Positions 1-13,084 of a stretch of 64,000 nt of DNA are shown in pieces. The stretch lies in assembly GCA_030141605.1 (NCBI GenBank), contig JAQGDQ010000227.1, forward strand, positions 248,001 to 312,000, in the 5' to 3' direction. Both the position numbers and the translations under genes were made by a program. The stretch comes from Tubiluchus corallicola (taxonomy: Eukaryota > Animalia > Priapulida). The notes under the pieces are model-generated. The model saw nothing but the letters and a program-made list of their open reading frames with translations, was not told where the DNA came from and ran no database searches. Each line of letters opens with the position of its first letter. Positions within the stretch are counted from its first letter, which is position 1.

Positions 1-990
1 GGGTGTTAGTCCAGTGAAAATAAGCCTCTTACATGTAAATAAACCATTGGTCAATAGTAGCCTTTGGTCATTTGTAGGCATGTGCCACTGTTTGTGCTGT
101 CCTCCATTGCTGTGGTGTTTGCCAGCAAATGACTGACTAGTTGTTGCCATACTTAAGATTAGTGTAATCACCTATATCAGTAAATTCATTGTAAAATCTG
201 AACCTAATTCATTAGTACACTGAAGCTTGGAATTACGTTCGTTTATAACATAGAATTATCAAATAGATTTATGGATTTCTCTTTCTTTCCCAGGTGAATG
301 ATATAAAGCTACCTTTAATTACATTCTGATGATTTTGTCAAAAACAGTTGACCCGTAGTAAAATGCGTGGATAATCATATTGAATGTGTAAAATCCCATT
401 GTTTGTTTGGCTTCCGACAAATTTAATTGAGTCTCTCACCGCAAATTTAAATTGGCTTCTTGAAATTTTTATAGATCCGATTTGTTTTTGTCTGTAAGCA
501 GGACTACTTTTCCTCTCAGTTATTAGTTGCCTAATTTATATTTAGTACAAAAATGTGCAGAAGCATTTTTAGTGAATTTCTTTATTTTTTCTACCACGCA
601 GATGTACTTATTTTTTATTTTTTATGTACTTTGCCTCCTTAGAAAGGTAGCATAACTGTTATCATAATAATGTTTCTTTTTATGTACTCCTGCATGTGAC
701 ATATTAATTATATGCCAGAGAGGCAAGAGGTGTCTTAGCCTTGTTTAGAGGTATGTAAGTCGTTCCTCAGCAAAGGAAATACCTTGAAATAGTATGACAG
801 ATTAAACCGTTACTAGCGATTACTCGTCAGTTTACTAACCAGGTCCAGCAGTGCTTAACTTTGGTCACCATAGTGCCGTCGCCGTCGCGTATAAGGATGA
901 GTTGTTTAATCATTTAGATTTGTGTTTTTTGCATTTTCAGTTAATAGATATTGGCAATGTATTGATTTGACATGTTCTGTTTCCCTTTAG

Positions 991-1055
991 GTCGTCAAAA
1001 TTTTTTGAAGTACAAGAAGTGGAAATGAAGTACCCGTTTGGTAGTTCTGTCTTGG
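991..1055 (+). ncRNA. Candidate non-coding or UTR exon
   Basis: ttctgtttccctttag| acceptor and tgg|gtaggt donor. No coding signal. Confidence 0.25.
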
Positions 1056-1874
1056 GTAGGTATTTGAAAAACAAATTTTATCCGACACTTACTCTTGTTT
1101 TGTTTTTCTATAAATACTCTTGAGCTTAATATTACGTAAAATGTGTAATAACTCCAGTCATTTTTGTTTTTATACGAATAATGATTGCTAAAAATGTGAG
1201 CCTGTGAGATGAGCTATTCTGTCTCACGGCAATTTTGGGAAATTATGAGGGTAATTCGCTGTCGAAATTGACACGCCAGTTGGGATTATCCCCCAATTTA
1301 GTAATCAGCTCGTCAGGGAAAGTACTCGATATCGTTAAGGCCAGCCTGTATACGCACTGCAATCTACACAGCTTAAAACGATCTTACTTTCATTTGAATT
1401 CATCAAGAGGTGTTGCGGTATAATACTGGTCATCGCTTTCAGTTTCCGAGCTATACAAAAGCATTCACTCTAGCCAATTGGGCAGAGCCACATGAATAAA
1501 TTCTAGTTTACAAACAAGAGATTAAACCATTCCCCAAGCTGTCTGTTCCTACTGGTCAGCACTGTTAGTGCCTGGGGCAGCAGATGTTGCAATTTGCATC
1601 TAAGCCTAATTGCTCTATTTGATGGTCACTTATTGTGGTTAAATAATAGACACCTAAATGAGTGTCAAGTATCTGATGAGGGGTCTACAGGCAACAGTGG
1701 GTTCTTGCTAGCAATGGTGTTCACTGTGTGTATTGATTTTGGTGATGATTATATATGGGCACATCAAGGCATTACAGGCAGATATAAGACACAGGCAGTG
1801 AATATACATCTTGAAGTTGCAAAGTCTGTGAATTATACTACTAAGCCTTTTCAGGGTTTCGATGGGCGTATGTC

Positions 1875-2222
1875 CAGTTGCTGTAGGTCAAAGTTTAAGT
1901 GTACCACAGCAACGTGTCTTAGCTACAATTGTCACGTGAAGTGTGTAAAGCACACCTGTCTGCCGCATCGGCTGAGTAAGTTCAGTTGTTTTACGTGGAC
2001 TTTACGTAATTATGCATTATTCTGTGCATAGAGTGATTTACTAGCAGGATCTTGCTTGGGAACAAGGAAAGATGAACTAGGTAAGGTTCTAGCTAGATGT
2101 TAAAAATGTTACTATTATAATAGCATGGTCTGCAAGGCATTGTGTACACAAATGGGTTGTCTGGTACAGTTAGTCCTTTTCACGATCATCATCAGTTGCT
2201 GAAACTGCGAAAAGGCTTATTA
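1875..2222 (+). mobile_element. Non-autonomous DNA element, copy 1 (Helentron/HINE-like)
   Basis: Colinear with 42877-43238. Degenerate inverted repeats plus a 3' hairpin (ttttcacg...cgaaaa). Confidence 0.7.
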
Positions 2223-2453
2223 AAAACTTGTCTTTGCCTGAATTTAATATTAGGCACTTTAAGTCGTTTGTAGCTACCTGTTTTAATTTAGCAACTTTCA
2301 TTACCCTTGATTGAACAAAAACTTCTGTTAGTTAGTCTTTACCAAGTTTTTCTATTCTAGTAAAGCTATTAGTACTTTTAGAGTGCATTATTGCAAAAGA
2401 TGTGGCTAAAGTATACAATTCCCCACACCCAAGAAATTAGTTCCTGAAGCAGA

Positions 2454-2501
2454 TTAGGATTAGGGTTAGGATTTGTGTTAGGGTTAGGGCTAGGGTTAAG
2501 G
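2454..2501 (+). repeat. Degenerate interstitial (TTAGGG)n
   Basis: ttaggattagggttagga...ttagggttagggctagggttaagg. Confidence 0.7.
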
Positions 2502-3104
2502 TATTTAAATTGTCTGATAAATTGTAAACTTGCAAAGTTGTCATGTGATTACTGATTGTGTCTGTGTATATATGTCTGCTGTTTCTTTATTATCTGTTAT
2601 ATAAAGAACTAATCTAGATTTTTCATTTTCTTTCACATTTTGCTACATTAAAAACATTTGATCTTCCATTCATCAGATAATCGTTTCATCTGGGGGTGTA
2701 GAATCAGCACTGTTGTTGATTATCTGTCTGTGTTACCTGATATAGCCATTTTCTCTAGCACATTATGTCCTGGGCAGGGAACAGTTGCAGTGCATATGGC
2801 TTAACTCTCAGCACTGTGTTATTAGTAGCTTGTATAGTCTAACGTACAGCTGCTGGTGCTGTGTTGTATCTACTGGGCTCTCAGACTAGTCTGTCAGACT
2901 TCCTTTAAATTGCAAGCACAGGACCCTGGATGCTGTATATATGGCAGGTTATAATAGCTCTCTTCCTATGTTGCTGTTATATATGGTACAGTTCGTTCAT
3001 AGATGTATATGTTTAAAAAAAGCATGTGAGTGTATGCCTGCTGATATGTGAAAGCTGTCTGGTATCCCAGAAAGAACCGTGACGACTTGTTGGTTGCAAA
3101 ATTA

Positions 3105-3616
3105 ATTATTTTAATTTAATTATGAATTCATTCCACAACAACACAAACATACATACAAATTGATATTACTTTGAAAAAAATTATAAACTAAATGAGTTAC
3201 TGTGAGGAGGAGGAGGGAGCATTGAGCTGTCGAGTCCTCCTCCAGATAAGTGGAACAATTGACAATTAACATTACATAGTATTTTCATCAGTTATAACAT
3301 ACATTAGAACAAAATAAGTTTTGTTAGTTAGTAACGTAAGATCAAGATGAGTAAAATTGTGAGTTAATTATACCGCTGTAGTAAGTAATTCTTTGATGCT
3401 TTTTTAAATTGATAAAGAATAGGAGTTTTCATTTCATGCGGAATTGTTGACCATATTTTAATAGCATTCAATTTTGATGACTGTTTCATTATATTTGTTT
3501 TTGGAATATGGAGTTCATAGTTTCCGACTGAATATCTTGTGTAATGATCATGTTGATCTGAAACTGGACTAAAGTATGACTGAAAAGCTGGTGGAAGTAG
3601 TGAATTTGTTAGCTTC
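3105..3616 (-). mobile_element. 3' remnant of a CR1/L2/Crack-type LINE
   Basis: Minus frame LLPPAFQSYFSPVSDQHDHYTRYS...KIWSTIPHEMK...FKKASKNYLLQRYN*, typical of an ORF2 C-terminus, then a 3' UTR stem-loop and an AT-rich tail. Confidence 0.75.
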
Positions 3617-4767
3617 TCACAGACAGTTGCTGAAATTCTGTATTCTTATGCTTGTATACTGGAATGTTGACCAATCTTCATGTGACTATTCTGCTTTTGT
3701 TTTTTAAGAGCAGAATTCTGGCTCAATTTAAACTTGCAGATCACGTAGTCTTATATTTACAAACTGTTGAAATTGTAATCAAACAATGAATTGGATGTTA
3801 CCAATGAGAGAATTAAGGTAAAAAGAGAAAGAGTTATTTTCTTGCTGTAAGAAATACAATCACCACTTCACTTTGTACTTGTCACCGATGGTCAAGCATT
3901 ATCAAGATTTTTTTAAATTTATTTTATAATGTGTTTGCAAAACAGGCAAAAAGTGTAGATTTCTTTAAATTTGTAACTTAATTTTCAACATTTATTTTTA
4001 TTAGTAGTAGTAGTTTATTGACTTTAGTCTGGCAAACACTTCACAACAAAATAATAACAATAACAATTTATATTCACTCAACATACATCCTTACGTTTTA
4101 CTATTACATATTTCATTGTAAGGGACGATAAGATGTAAAAATACATTATAGTTATTATTTAGATTGTTGATTTGCGACTGGAACACAGATGGTGTTAATG
4201 AGAATTGATGTTAAATATTTTTCATGCTCAGTGTTACTTTTACTGATAGCTTTTCTCTGCGTTTTTTAATCACTTAATCATATTTAAGTGTAACTCATTG
4301 TTTGTTCATTTTTATAGGCATCTTGGTGACGTTACAGTAACTCTGCAGCCTGTGAACTAACTGGTAGGTCGTTTTTAGATTAAGATAACTTGTCATTAAT
4401 TCACTAACTGCTGCATTTCTTAAAACGTTAAATTTTAATTGATAATTTGCCATGCTAATAACTTTTCAATGCGCTCTTCTTTTTCGTTTTCCTCAAATAA
4501 AGAACTGTTGTCTTTTTTGCGATTATGAGTTTTACAAATCATTTAGCTTTGCAGCCCCTTCTTACTATTTTCAAGAAACAAACGACCTGCAACCCCCTCT
4601 TTTTTTCTATATAGCTTTGCTTTTTCGCTTTTAAACTTTGTTTTAACAAAATTTGCTGATTTTAACTAATTGGAAAACAATTTTTAGCACACAGGCTTGA
4701 AAGGGGCCGACAAAATTTGCTTTAACATTACGTTTAAATTGCTCTCTTTTTTATTTAGCAAGGTGAT

Positions 4768-4873
4768 GAAAAACAATATACATCAGCTCTGATATGCGTC
4801 CTTAAAAACAGTATACATCAGCTCTGATATGCGTCCTGAAAAACAATATACATCAGCTCTGATATGCGTCCTG
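4768..4873. repeat. 35-bp tandem repeat, 3 copies
   Basis: catcagctctgatatgcgtcc at 4781, 4816 and 4851. Confidence 0.9.
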
Positions 4874-7619
4874 CGCAGAAAAAAGCTACCATGCTATTTT
4901 GTCATTCAGTAGGTAAGCTTGTTTCTGACTTTAATGTTTTAATGTCTGGGATTTTTGTCTGCGTGTTGTTAGTGGATGCTTTCATCTGAAATAATTTCAC
5001 ATAGAAACAATTTGTTCTAGTAACATATATATGGAAAACTTCAACTTCTCTGGAAAGTGCTAGTTCCCACGATGTCCTGTACTTGGCAGTTTCGCATGCA
5101 GATTTGGTAAACAAAATAGTAATTGTGTTATACATATTGTACCATCATGCGACATGAGACAATGCCTTTATGTTGTATTTTGCTTATCTTGTTGTCTTGC
5201 TGTTCATGATTATTATGTGAAAAAATAGTCAATTTAGTCACAATTATTGATTTTTGTGTCATCTTCTTTCTGGCTCTATTTTCCTAAATGTTATTTCATT
5301 TAAGTAATGCTAGCATTTTGCTTTAAATTGTTTAAATTTTTTTGTTTGCCTGATTTTGTTTTTGAACTTTGTCTGCGATGATTTTTGATTCTTAGAGTTA
5401 CATTCACTCTCTTGACCTCAATTTGTTCCACCACTGTGATGCTACCAACGTTTTTGTTGGTGGCTGCTGCTAAATCGTTGTCATCTTCAGTTGAATAACG
5501 ATAATCTATTGATTACATAATTCATAATTTACTTCATCTAATTAGCTGTTAAGTTATTTTTTACTTCCTTATGTCGGTTGGTACTACCCATCTTCCCGTG
5601 GGATAGACCAGGAGTCTCCTTTCATGTGTGTAAATCCTCTGCCTCCTATCTGATTAGTGTGACATTTCGCTCTCTAAGGAGTGTTTCCTAAGATGAGAAT
5701 TTGCCAGTAATGAGCGTTAGGAATTTGAAGATGTATCTGTCTGACGATAAATCGTCCGAGTTGCTCTTGAACAAGGATAAAATGAAGGCCAGTGATCGGT
5801 AAAGGAAGTCTAGGCGACGTCTTGAACCAGTTTCTCATGCAGGTAGTTAAATTCGTTTCCTGCGTTGGTTTCCTTTCCACCAAGCAAACGGGTTAGTCAT
5901 CATTCAAAACTGGAGTGGAATTCACTGCTAGTGATTGTAAGGTCATCGGAATCAGATACGTACTAAAAATAACGCATAACAATTATCAGTCCGAGCTAAT
6001 TACTTTTGCCATTCTTTGTTTAAAGGAAAGGCCAAGCCGTCTGCAAAAGTGGGCTTGCTTCAATGTTCGCGACAAATGGTAGAAGGATTTAGTAATAAAA
6101 CTGCAATAAGCGCCTCGCGTAATTAGTAAAATCACTAAAATCTCCATTTCATGCTTGGGTGCTCCTATTTTCAATGCAGGTTCTTCTTCCAAAGACGTCA
6201 TTCATCCTTGTAGATAAATTTGATATCTAATTTTGAAATATTTTTGCGTGAACCTTATGTAAGCTGCAGAAATTTTATTTAGCTTAAGCAGCGAACTTAC
6301 GGAAAGCCACGGCATGCTGATGAAAAGTCACAGAATCTCCCGTTGCGCCATGATTTTCAAATGAATGGTGGCAACCAGCACACCTGAAAATTTCTATTTA
6401 GATGCAGTATATTTTAAATTTATGCTTTATAGGCAGTTTTTGCTAATTTCTTTGTTATGTTTTTCTAAGTTTAACTGGTAACAGTAAAATAAACCCAACA
6501 TTCTGAGTGACTTGTTCTTCCCTTTAAGACTAATAAGTTTTGGAAGTTGGCTATAGGACATGTCTTATCAGTCTGGCTGCATTGGCCTTTTTGGTTAAAC
6601 ATTTTTGTAAGAAGAGCAGGGTTTTCAAGTGCATTTGGGACATGTTGCTTCTGCTTGGTCTGCTAGGGGTGCTTCTGCCTTTGTGTGTGTAGCTTTTGGT
6701 AATTAAAAGTTGAAGTTTTGTTACATCTAGTAGCGCATGTACCAGGACTAGATTAAACCCGGCAACCTACTTTCTTCCAGCTGATTTAGAAAATATTTTT
6801 CATAATAAATTTATTTTATAAAAATTGACTTCATTATAAATTTTACAGAGTTTTGAAAATTTGTACAAGTGCAGAGAGAGTTTTGCTTGCACATAGCCTG
6901 AGCAACAATTATTGCAGATTAGTGGTATTCAGGAGGAGTTGTGGGCCCAGTGGCTGGTCTGATAAATTAACTGAGCTTGTTGACTCATAAAGCTTACAGT
7001 TCATCCAAAGATAATGGACTCCTACTCCTATTACATGGCTGTGTTCAGTACATTTTTGTACAAATAAAGTATAGTCAGTGTTCCCTTTTTCCTCCTGGTG
7101 GTATTTTTAACTAGGCTGAAAATAAACAAATCGCAAGCGAATGAGTTACCGTTATCCCTGTTTAAAGAAGAAGTTAACCCTCCTTGGAAGATGAGGATAA
7201 CTTAATGTTAACAAGATGAATATAAGCTAAAATTTGTGACATTCCCAAGTGAGCTGCAGAAGTCTGATGTTAGCAATGGTGATGTGCAAGATATTTGTAA
7301 TTAATTTAAGGTTCTTAATTGCATGTTAAAATGGGTTGAAGGTTGTTTGACTCTTGACTTTTCCTTTAAAACGGGAAACGTATCCTAATGAACCGGCTAT
7401 TCCACCAAACCTCTGCATTCAGCAATGAGATTATAGCAATAAGAATTAGGTTGTAGTAATTCATCGTCAGGATTCAAAATTTGCTGCTGATTTATATCAT
7501 AAATATTAGTCTAAATATAGAAGAAATCTATGTTGCTTGTCTTTGCATTTTATTTTGATATTATTTACAATATGAAAAAGATGGCTAGCAGCATGTCATA
7601 CTGATGTTTGGGAGGGACA

Positions 7620-8195
7620 ATGTGACCTCAACAAATAATAATAATGATCCCACGTTCAGTTTGACCTCTACAGATAATGATAATGATCTCTCATTCACTG
7701 CGACCTCAAAAGACAATCATAATGATCCCACTTTCATTGTGACCTCACCAGACAAATCATATTGATCCAACATTTATTGTGATCTCACCAGACAATCATA
7801 ATGATCCAACATTTATTGTGATCTCACCAGACAGTCACAATGATCCCACTTTCATTGTGACCTCACCAGACAATCATAATGATCCAACATTTATTGTGAT
7901 CTCACCAGGCAATCATAATGATCCCACTTTCATTGTGACCTCACTAGACAATCATAATGATCCAACATTTATTGTGAATCTCACCAGACAATCATAATGA
8001 CCCCGCTTTCATTGTGACCTCACCAGACAATCATAATGATCCCACTCATTGTGACCTCACTAGACAATCATAATGATCCAACATTTATTGTGATCTCACC
8101 AGACAATCATAATGATCTCACATTCATTGTGACCTCACCAGACAATCATAATGATCCCATGTTCATTGCAACTTCAATAGTTAATCATAATGGTC
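7620..8195. repeat. 39-bp minisatellite (~14 copies)
   Basis: Unit gacaatcataatgatcccactttcattgtgacctcacca. Source of the spurious PDNHNDPTFIV ORFs. Confidence 0.95.
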
Positions 8196-9185
8196 CGGAC
8201 ACTGTGCTCGAGATAACTTGAGATAGCTTAAAGAAAATGATCGAAACCAAAATATGTCTACTTTTGGCCTCTAATTCATACTATTGTGCAAAAAAGTGGC
8301 TTGTTACTAATATTGACACTGCAAATGTTAGTTTACTAAAGTGCCAAACACTAATGTAAGTACAGTAGTGAAAGCCACATAATAGAGATACCATGCGTGT
8401 AGCAATGGTATTTGGTGTCTTTCGTAACCCCCTCTGGTTGGGTCTAATCCAATTGCAGCCCAACATTGCAGAGAGATTTACACTGTAATCTAGATTGTCT
8501 TTTATACTACAGTGCTGCAATGAATCAGTGTCTGCCTAACAGCGCCTGTGTTACAGACTCATATCAGTGCCTCTCTTCTTTGGTTTCCCTTTTGGGAAAA
8601 GATTCTAATATTCTACATATAGTTGTTTTTGGGACTCCTCCCAGCAAGTATGCATTCCACAGTGCATAACTGTTTGTTATTCCTTCTATCTTTTTTTGCT
8701 TTCCTTTCCTCCGGAGCATCTGCTTACATCATTTCATAACAATATTCGCTTGGAATTTAAACAGTGATATGACTTGTGATTTTTCTTGCCTCCGATTATA
8801 GTGCAACACTTGTTCCAGTAAGCTTTTCTCCGGTCAGCTAAATGTACTGCCAGTGTACTGCGTTAGGGGTCCTTGATTGGTGCATCAAAGAATCTCACAT
8901 AGTTTACTATTGTGTTGTTGACCGTTTTTTGTTGATCAAGTACTACGTTCCCTCCTGCCTGGTACTATTGTATTAACATACAGAAAACACACTTAATGTT
9001 ATCATTAAAAATACATGTGATTTACTGAATCTTGAACTTTCTTTGCCCCTTTCTTTCAGCTAATCTGTATTAATCTATGAATACTTGTGTAGTCTGTAAA
9101 TCTTTACTGCTGGGTTCTAGTAGTTTGTCACTTTTAAACAATTCAAGTATTTTGTCACTTTAAAGCAATTCAAAGTCAGTCGTAT

Positions 9186-9635
9186 AAAGGCTGAGACAGT
9201 TAACTGTTTAAACATTAATCAATCGCTAACTGGTGTAACCATTTGGATAATTGCTAACCGTTTAACCGTTACTTAGCCAAGTTTTTTACGTATCCATATT
9301 AATGAAACCTTGTATCTTTTCTGAGTTGGCGTACACAGTTAGCAATGACCCACTTACACAAAAATGTACTATTAGCAACATTGTTTCAATTAATCTAGTC
9401 GCCTAAGAAGCATCTAAATGGTAAATTGTAAAAAAACTTTTACTCGCGTATGTTGCGAGGATGGCTCCATGTTGGACATTCTGCATGGTGCATGCTAGAT
9501 TTGAACCGCGCCGCTTACTCGTGCAAGGAATGAATTAGTGAATATAGGATGTCGTCGGGAACGGTTAAACGGCTAACAGACTACAATTAATAACGCTTAA
9601 ACAGTTAGTTGAAAAATCTAACTGTCTTAGCCCTA
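9186..9635. mobile_element. hAT-like MITE
   Basis: Imperfect TIRs aaaggctgagacagtta / taactgtcttagcccta, internal aaccg/cggtt repeats, and a degenerate 8-bp flank pair agtcgtat / aatcgttc. Confidence 0.6.
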
Positions 9636-12600
9636 AATCGTTCTTTCGTTTTCCGGTCAGTTGCACTTGAGGTTTGACCAAACTTCTTCATCTTCACAAG
9701 AGTGTTGATCCTAGTAGATGTTTCTTTATTTCTATTTTAGTGGGATTAGTAAAACTGTTTTTACTCTAGTTTTAAAGAATTTTATCAAACCAGATTACGT
9801 ATTTTTCTCAATTGTGTCGTACATGGTACCCGGCAGGGACATCAAATTTTATTTGGGAGGTTCAGGCAGGGAAAACGTCCTGCAGTTAGTTACCAGTGCA
9901 GTGTTATAGTATGAATTCAATGGTAGCATCTTGAGGTGGATTTGGCGTGTGGAGATGTGGTGGGTGTGGGTGTGGTCAGTGGTGTGGACATTGGGTGACA
10001 ATCTAATTTTTGATAACAACAGAGATTGTAGTTTACCATAGTATCGGATCAGTAAATGACATCATTTAAACTCGTGTTTAATGAAAGTCAGCAAGGCGGT
10101 GATTCTTAGTTTAGCACATGCGCTTTCTGAACGCACACATAAGTAATGTAATGCAGCTCAGTTCATATAAGTTTTATTTTCAAAAGTATTCAGTGTGATA
10201 CTTGATTCATTAACCATTTGTAACTTCAAGTATGCTTCGGACATGTCAAAAATGTGCTAAAATATAGGAAAATGTTTCCCGCTAGCTGGCTGGCTTCCCC
10301 GGGCTTGGTACCTTGGTAGGACAACTTTTGTCTTTCTTATTGCATTATCAGCAGTAAAATTTAACTCGTTAGTTAGTGCTTCTTACACTGATTTAAATTT
10401 TGTTTTATTTTCCTTTAATTTTTGCCATGTTTTAGTTATTTTTTATTCTTATTCTGATTTGAATTTTGTGTTATTTTCCTTTAATTTTTGCTACGTATTA
10501 TTTTTTTGCTATGATGCATGTATAATGACTACTTGCCATGCAGGACTTGGTTGTGTGACTATTTAGGGATGGGTGACCTGGGGACCATTTGGTGTTTCTC
10601 CATCCCATCCTTCCCTCCTATTGTAATTTATGTTTGTATGTAATCTGTATCATGACGTGCAATGATGAAGGCAAATAAATGAAATTTTGATTCTCATTTT
10701 AATTTTAATTTTATCAACTAAAGAACTACTGTACCAGAACGATCCCTGGTTCAGCTGTGATGACGTCATTGTGTAATTTCTCAACGATAATAACTTCATT
10801 GTGAATTCCAGGCTTCCTTGCTAATATGATGATTGCAAGGCATTATTATTACCCAATGACATTGACACTGAAACATAAAAACTTGGCAAATTTAAAGTTC
10901 ATAATTTCCAATTTCAAGTTCATGGCTAGGTTTTAATGCTTGATTTCAAAACTCTGTAACTGGTTTGCGTATCTGTAGCTTTGTTAATCCAATACTACGC
11001 CTTTCTTTGTACAGTGTATTTCTGAGGAGTGGGAGGATCAAGCACTGCTACTAGTCTTAAACTCTCAGCAACCGTGCAACATAGAAAAATTGGCCAGGTT
11101 TTTACTTACATCTTCATAATTTTTCAATCATAAGTCATTTTTGTTTTTCATATATTTTAAAATCGTTTTGGCAGGTTATTTTGGTCTAAAACTGGGGTCT
11201 GCTTCCTTAATAAGTCATAAGTCATTTATTTCACATTACACACTTACAATAGTTTCATGTACAATATATAGTGAAAGGGCCTACAATGAACATAATACAA
11301 GTATGTTTTTATTGCTTCTGCACAAGAAAAGCCTCACACACTGTTCACCTATATACAAATGTAAATGTGTTGCGGGCAGTCAAAAAGCAGGGCTTGTTAG
11401 ATTGTCCACACAATGAAAGAAACAAAAGTAATGAAAATAATCTGAAAATTTAAAGTGAATCCTATGATAAAGAAAACATTTAGTGCTTCAGAATGGAATG
11501 ATGTAATGAATGAAGCTCATATATGAGATGATATTAAAGATAGAAAGACTATTATTTGTTAATAGTATGTAAAATTAAGATCACTTGATTAAGATACCTG
11601 GACTGTTTTGCCACCACTGTGAGGATGGATACTGATAGAAGTTTTGATTACTCACTGATACTTACTAAAAATTTGATGTTTCAACCCTTTTTTTTTAAAT
11701 CTAGTAATAGATCTGCTATTTTTTGCTGATTGACAAATCTCATTCCAGACTTCTGGTCCCTGCCTTTAACTCAAAATTCGTCGCCCACTCTCCCTAGTCT
11801 TTATGTGAAAATATTGTGTGATATGACCAAATGGACACAAGAAAAGTAAGCACGTTTAAAAAATTCCTTACAAATTTGCCTGATCGCGTTGTTATAGAAC
11901 TTTTTGCTTTCTAAAAAGAGGCATGTATTATGAATAATAATATCAAGTTTTAAATTAGAAACAAAACATTTAGTCTGTCAGTGCATTTTAATTAAAAAAG
12001 ATCAGGTTTTCTAAAAAAAACAGAAAGAATTTAACTCAGCTTTAACTCTTGATTTTAATTACGGTTTTCAAAAACTGTTCGTCGTTTTCTGACACTTACC
12101 TTCTTCACTGAATTTATAAGTACCTTTTTGACAATACAGTCATACTAATATCCAATACAATAAAGACAACATCAATACAAAAAGACAAATAAGTAGTGCT
12201 AATACCCATTTTTTTCATTTTTGCAGTCTTGATGACAGTAGCAAGCAGGAAACGTTTACTTTTTTGTTTTTGCAAACATTAGTGCTAAAATGTTTCTAGT
12301 TGTTTACCCGTTATATTTATGTGCAAATTTGATAAAAATTCACCGCTCTGTGATATTTTAAAAAGGAGCACATTATCTGTATCTAAGCCAAATACTCGAT
12401 TTCGGTACTTGATTTTTGGCACTAATCTCTCTTGTTAAAACATTACGATACTTCAGACGTACGATGTTGAGTCAGATCAGTCTAATCATATGAAATTGTG
12501 GATATTTTACTATAAATGTGGTTTGTGGATCGGTCAACTGCCGATCCAATTTTGGTTGTGTCAAAGAAAGTGATTTTCAAACCTGCATTTAGAATCGAAT

Positions 12601-13084
12601 ACCAGGTACAAAATGTTCTTGAAAAAGTGTATATCTGTCCACAACACGGGACTATTGTTTAACTCAACAGGTCAACAACTTAACATCTTATTTTTATTAC
12701 ATGGCACACACCTGTTTGCTGTAGCTCAGTGCTAGATTTTCAGATTCATTTATGCACATCTGTGATAAAAATAGATACTGTGTAGGTAGTACTAGTTCAA
12801 TGTATGAAATCTGCTCCTGACCAACTTGACTATCAAAGCCCTAAAGCTCTATATTGTCCTTTGCCACTGACGTTGCTCTCAAGCCATGTTGCTGGAACAT
12901 CATCACCTTCTTGCTATAATTGTAAGCTTTTACAACTGCGCAGCTTATTTTGATGCATTCGATCATGTTTCAGATTTCCTCTTTTGGTGCGAGTAATTTT
13001 CACGTACGTGCGTGGCTTGGTCATTTCTTGATTGTTTTTGCATTTCCCAACATTCTGTTGAATACACATGGCTAGCCCGGGGCG

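Noticed and set aside
1594-2031. 145-aa ORF
   Set aside because: Non-ATG start, runs into a dispersed repeat, and has no recognisable domain.
5674-6201. Two minus-strand ORFs; an NPFAWWKGNQ peptide in another frame resembling the hAT dimerisation motif
   Set aside because: Stops follow immediately and the rest of the motif is absent. At most an unclassifiable decayed transposon.
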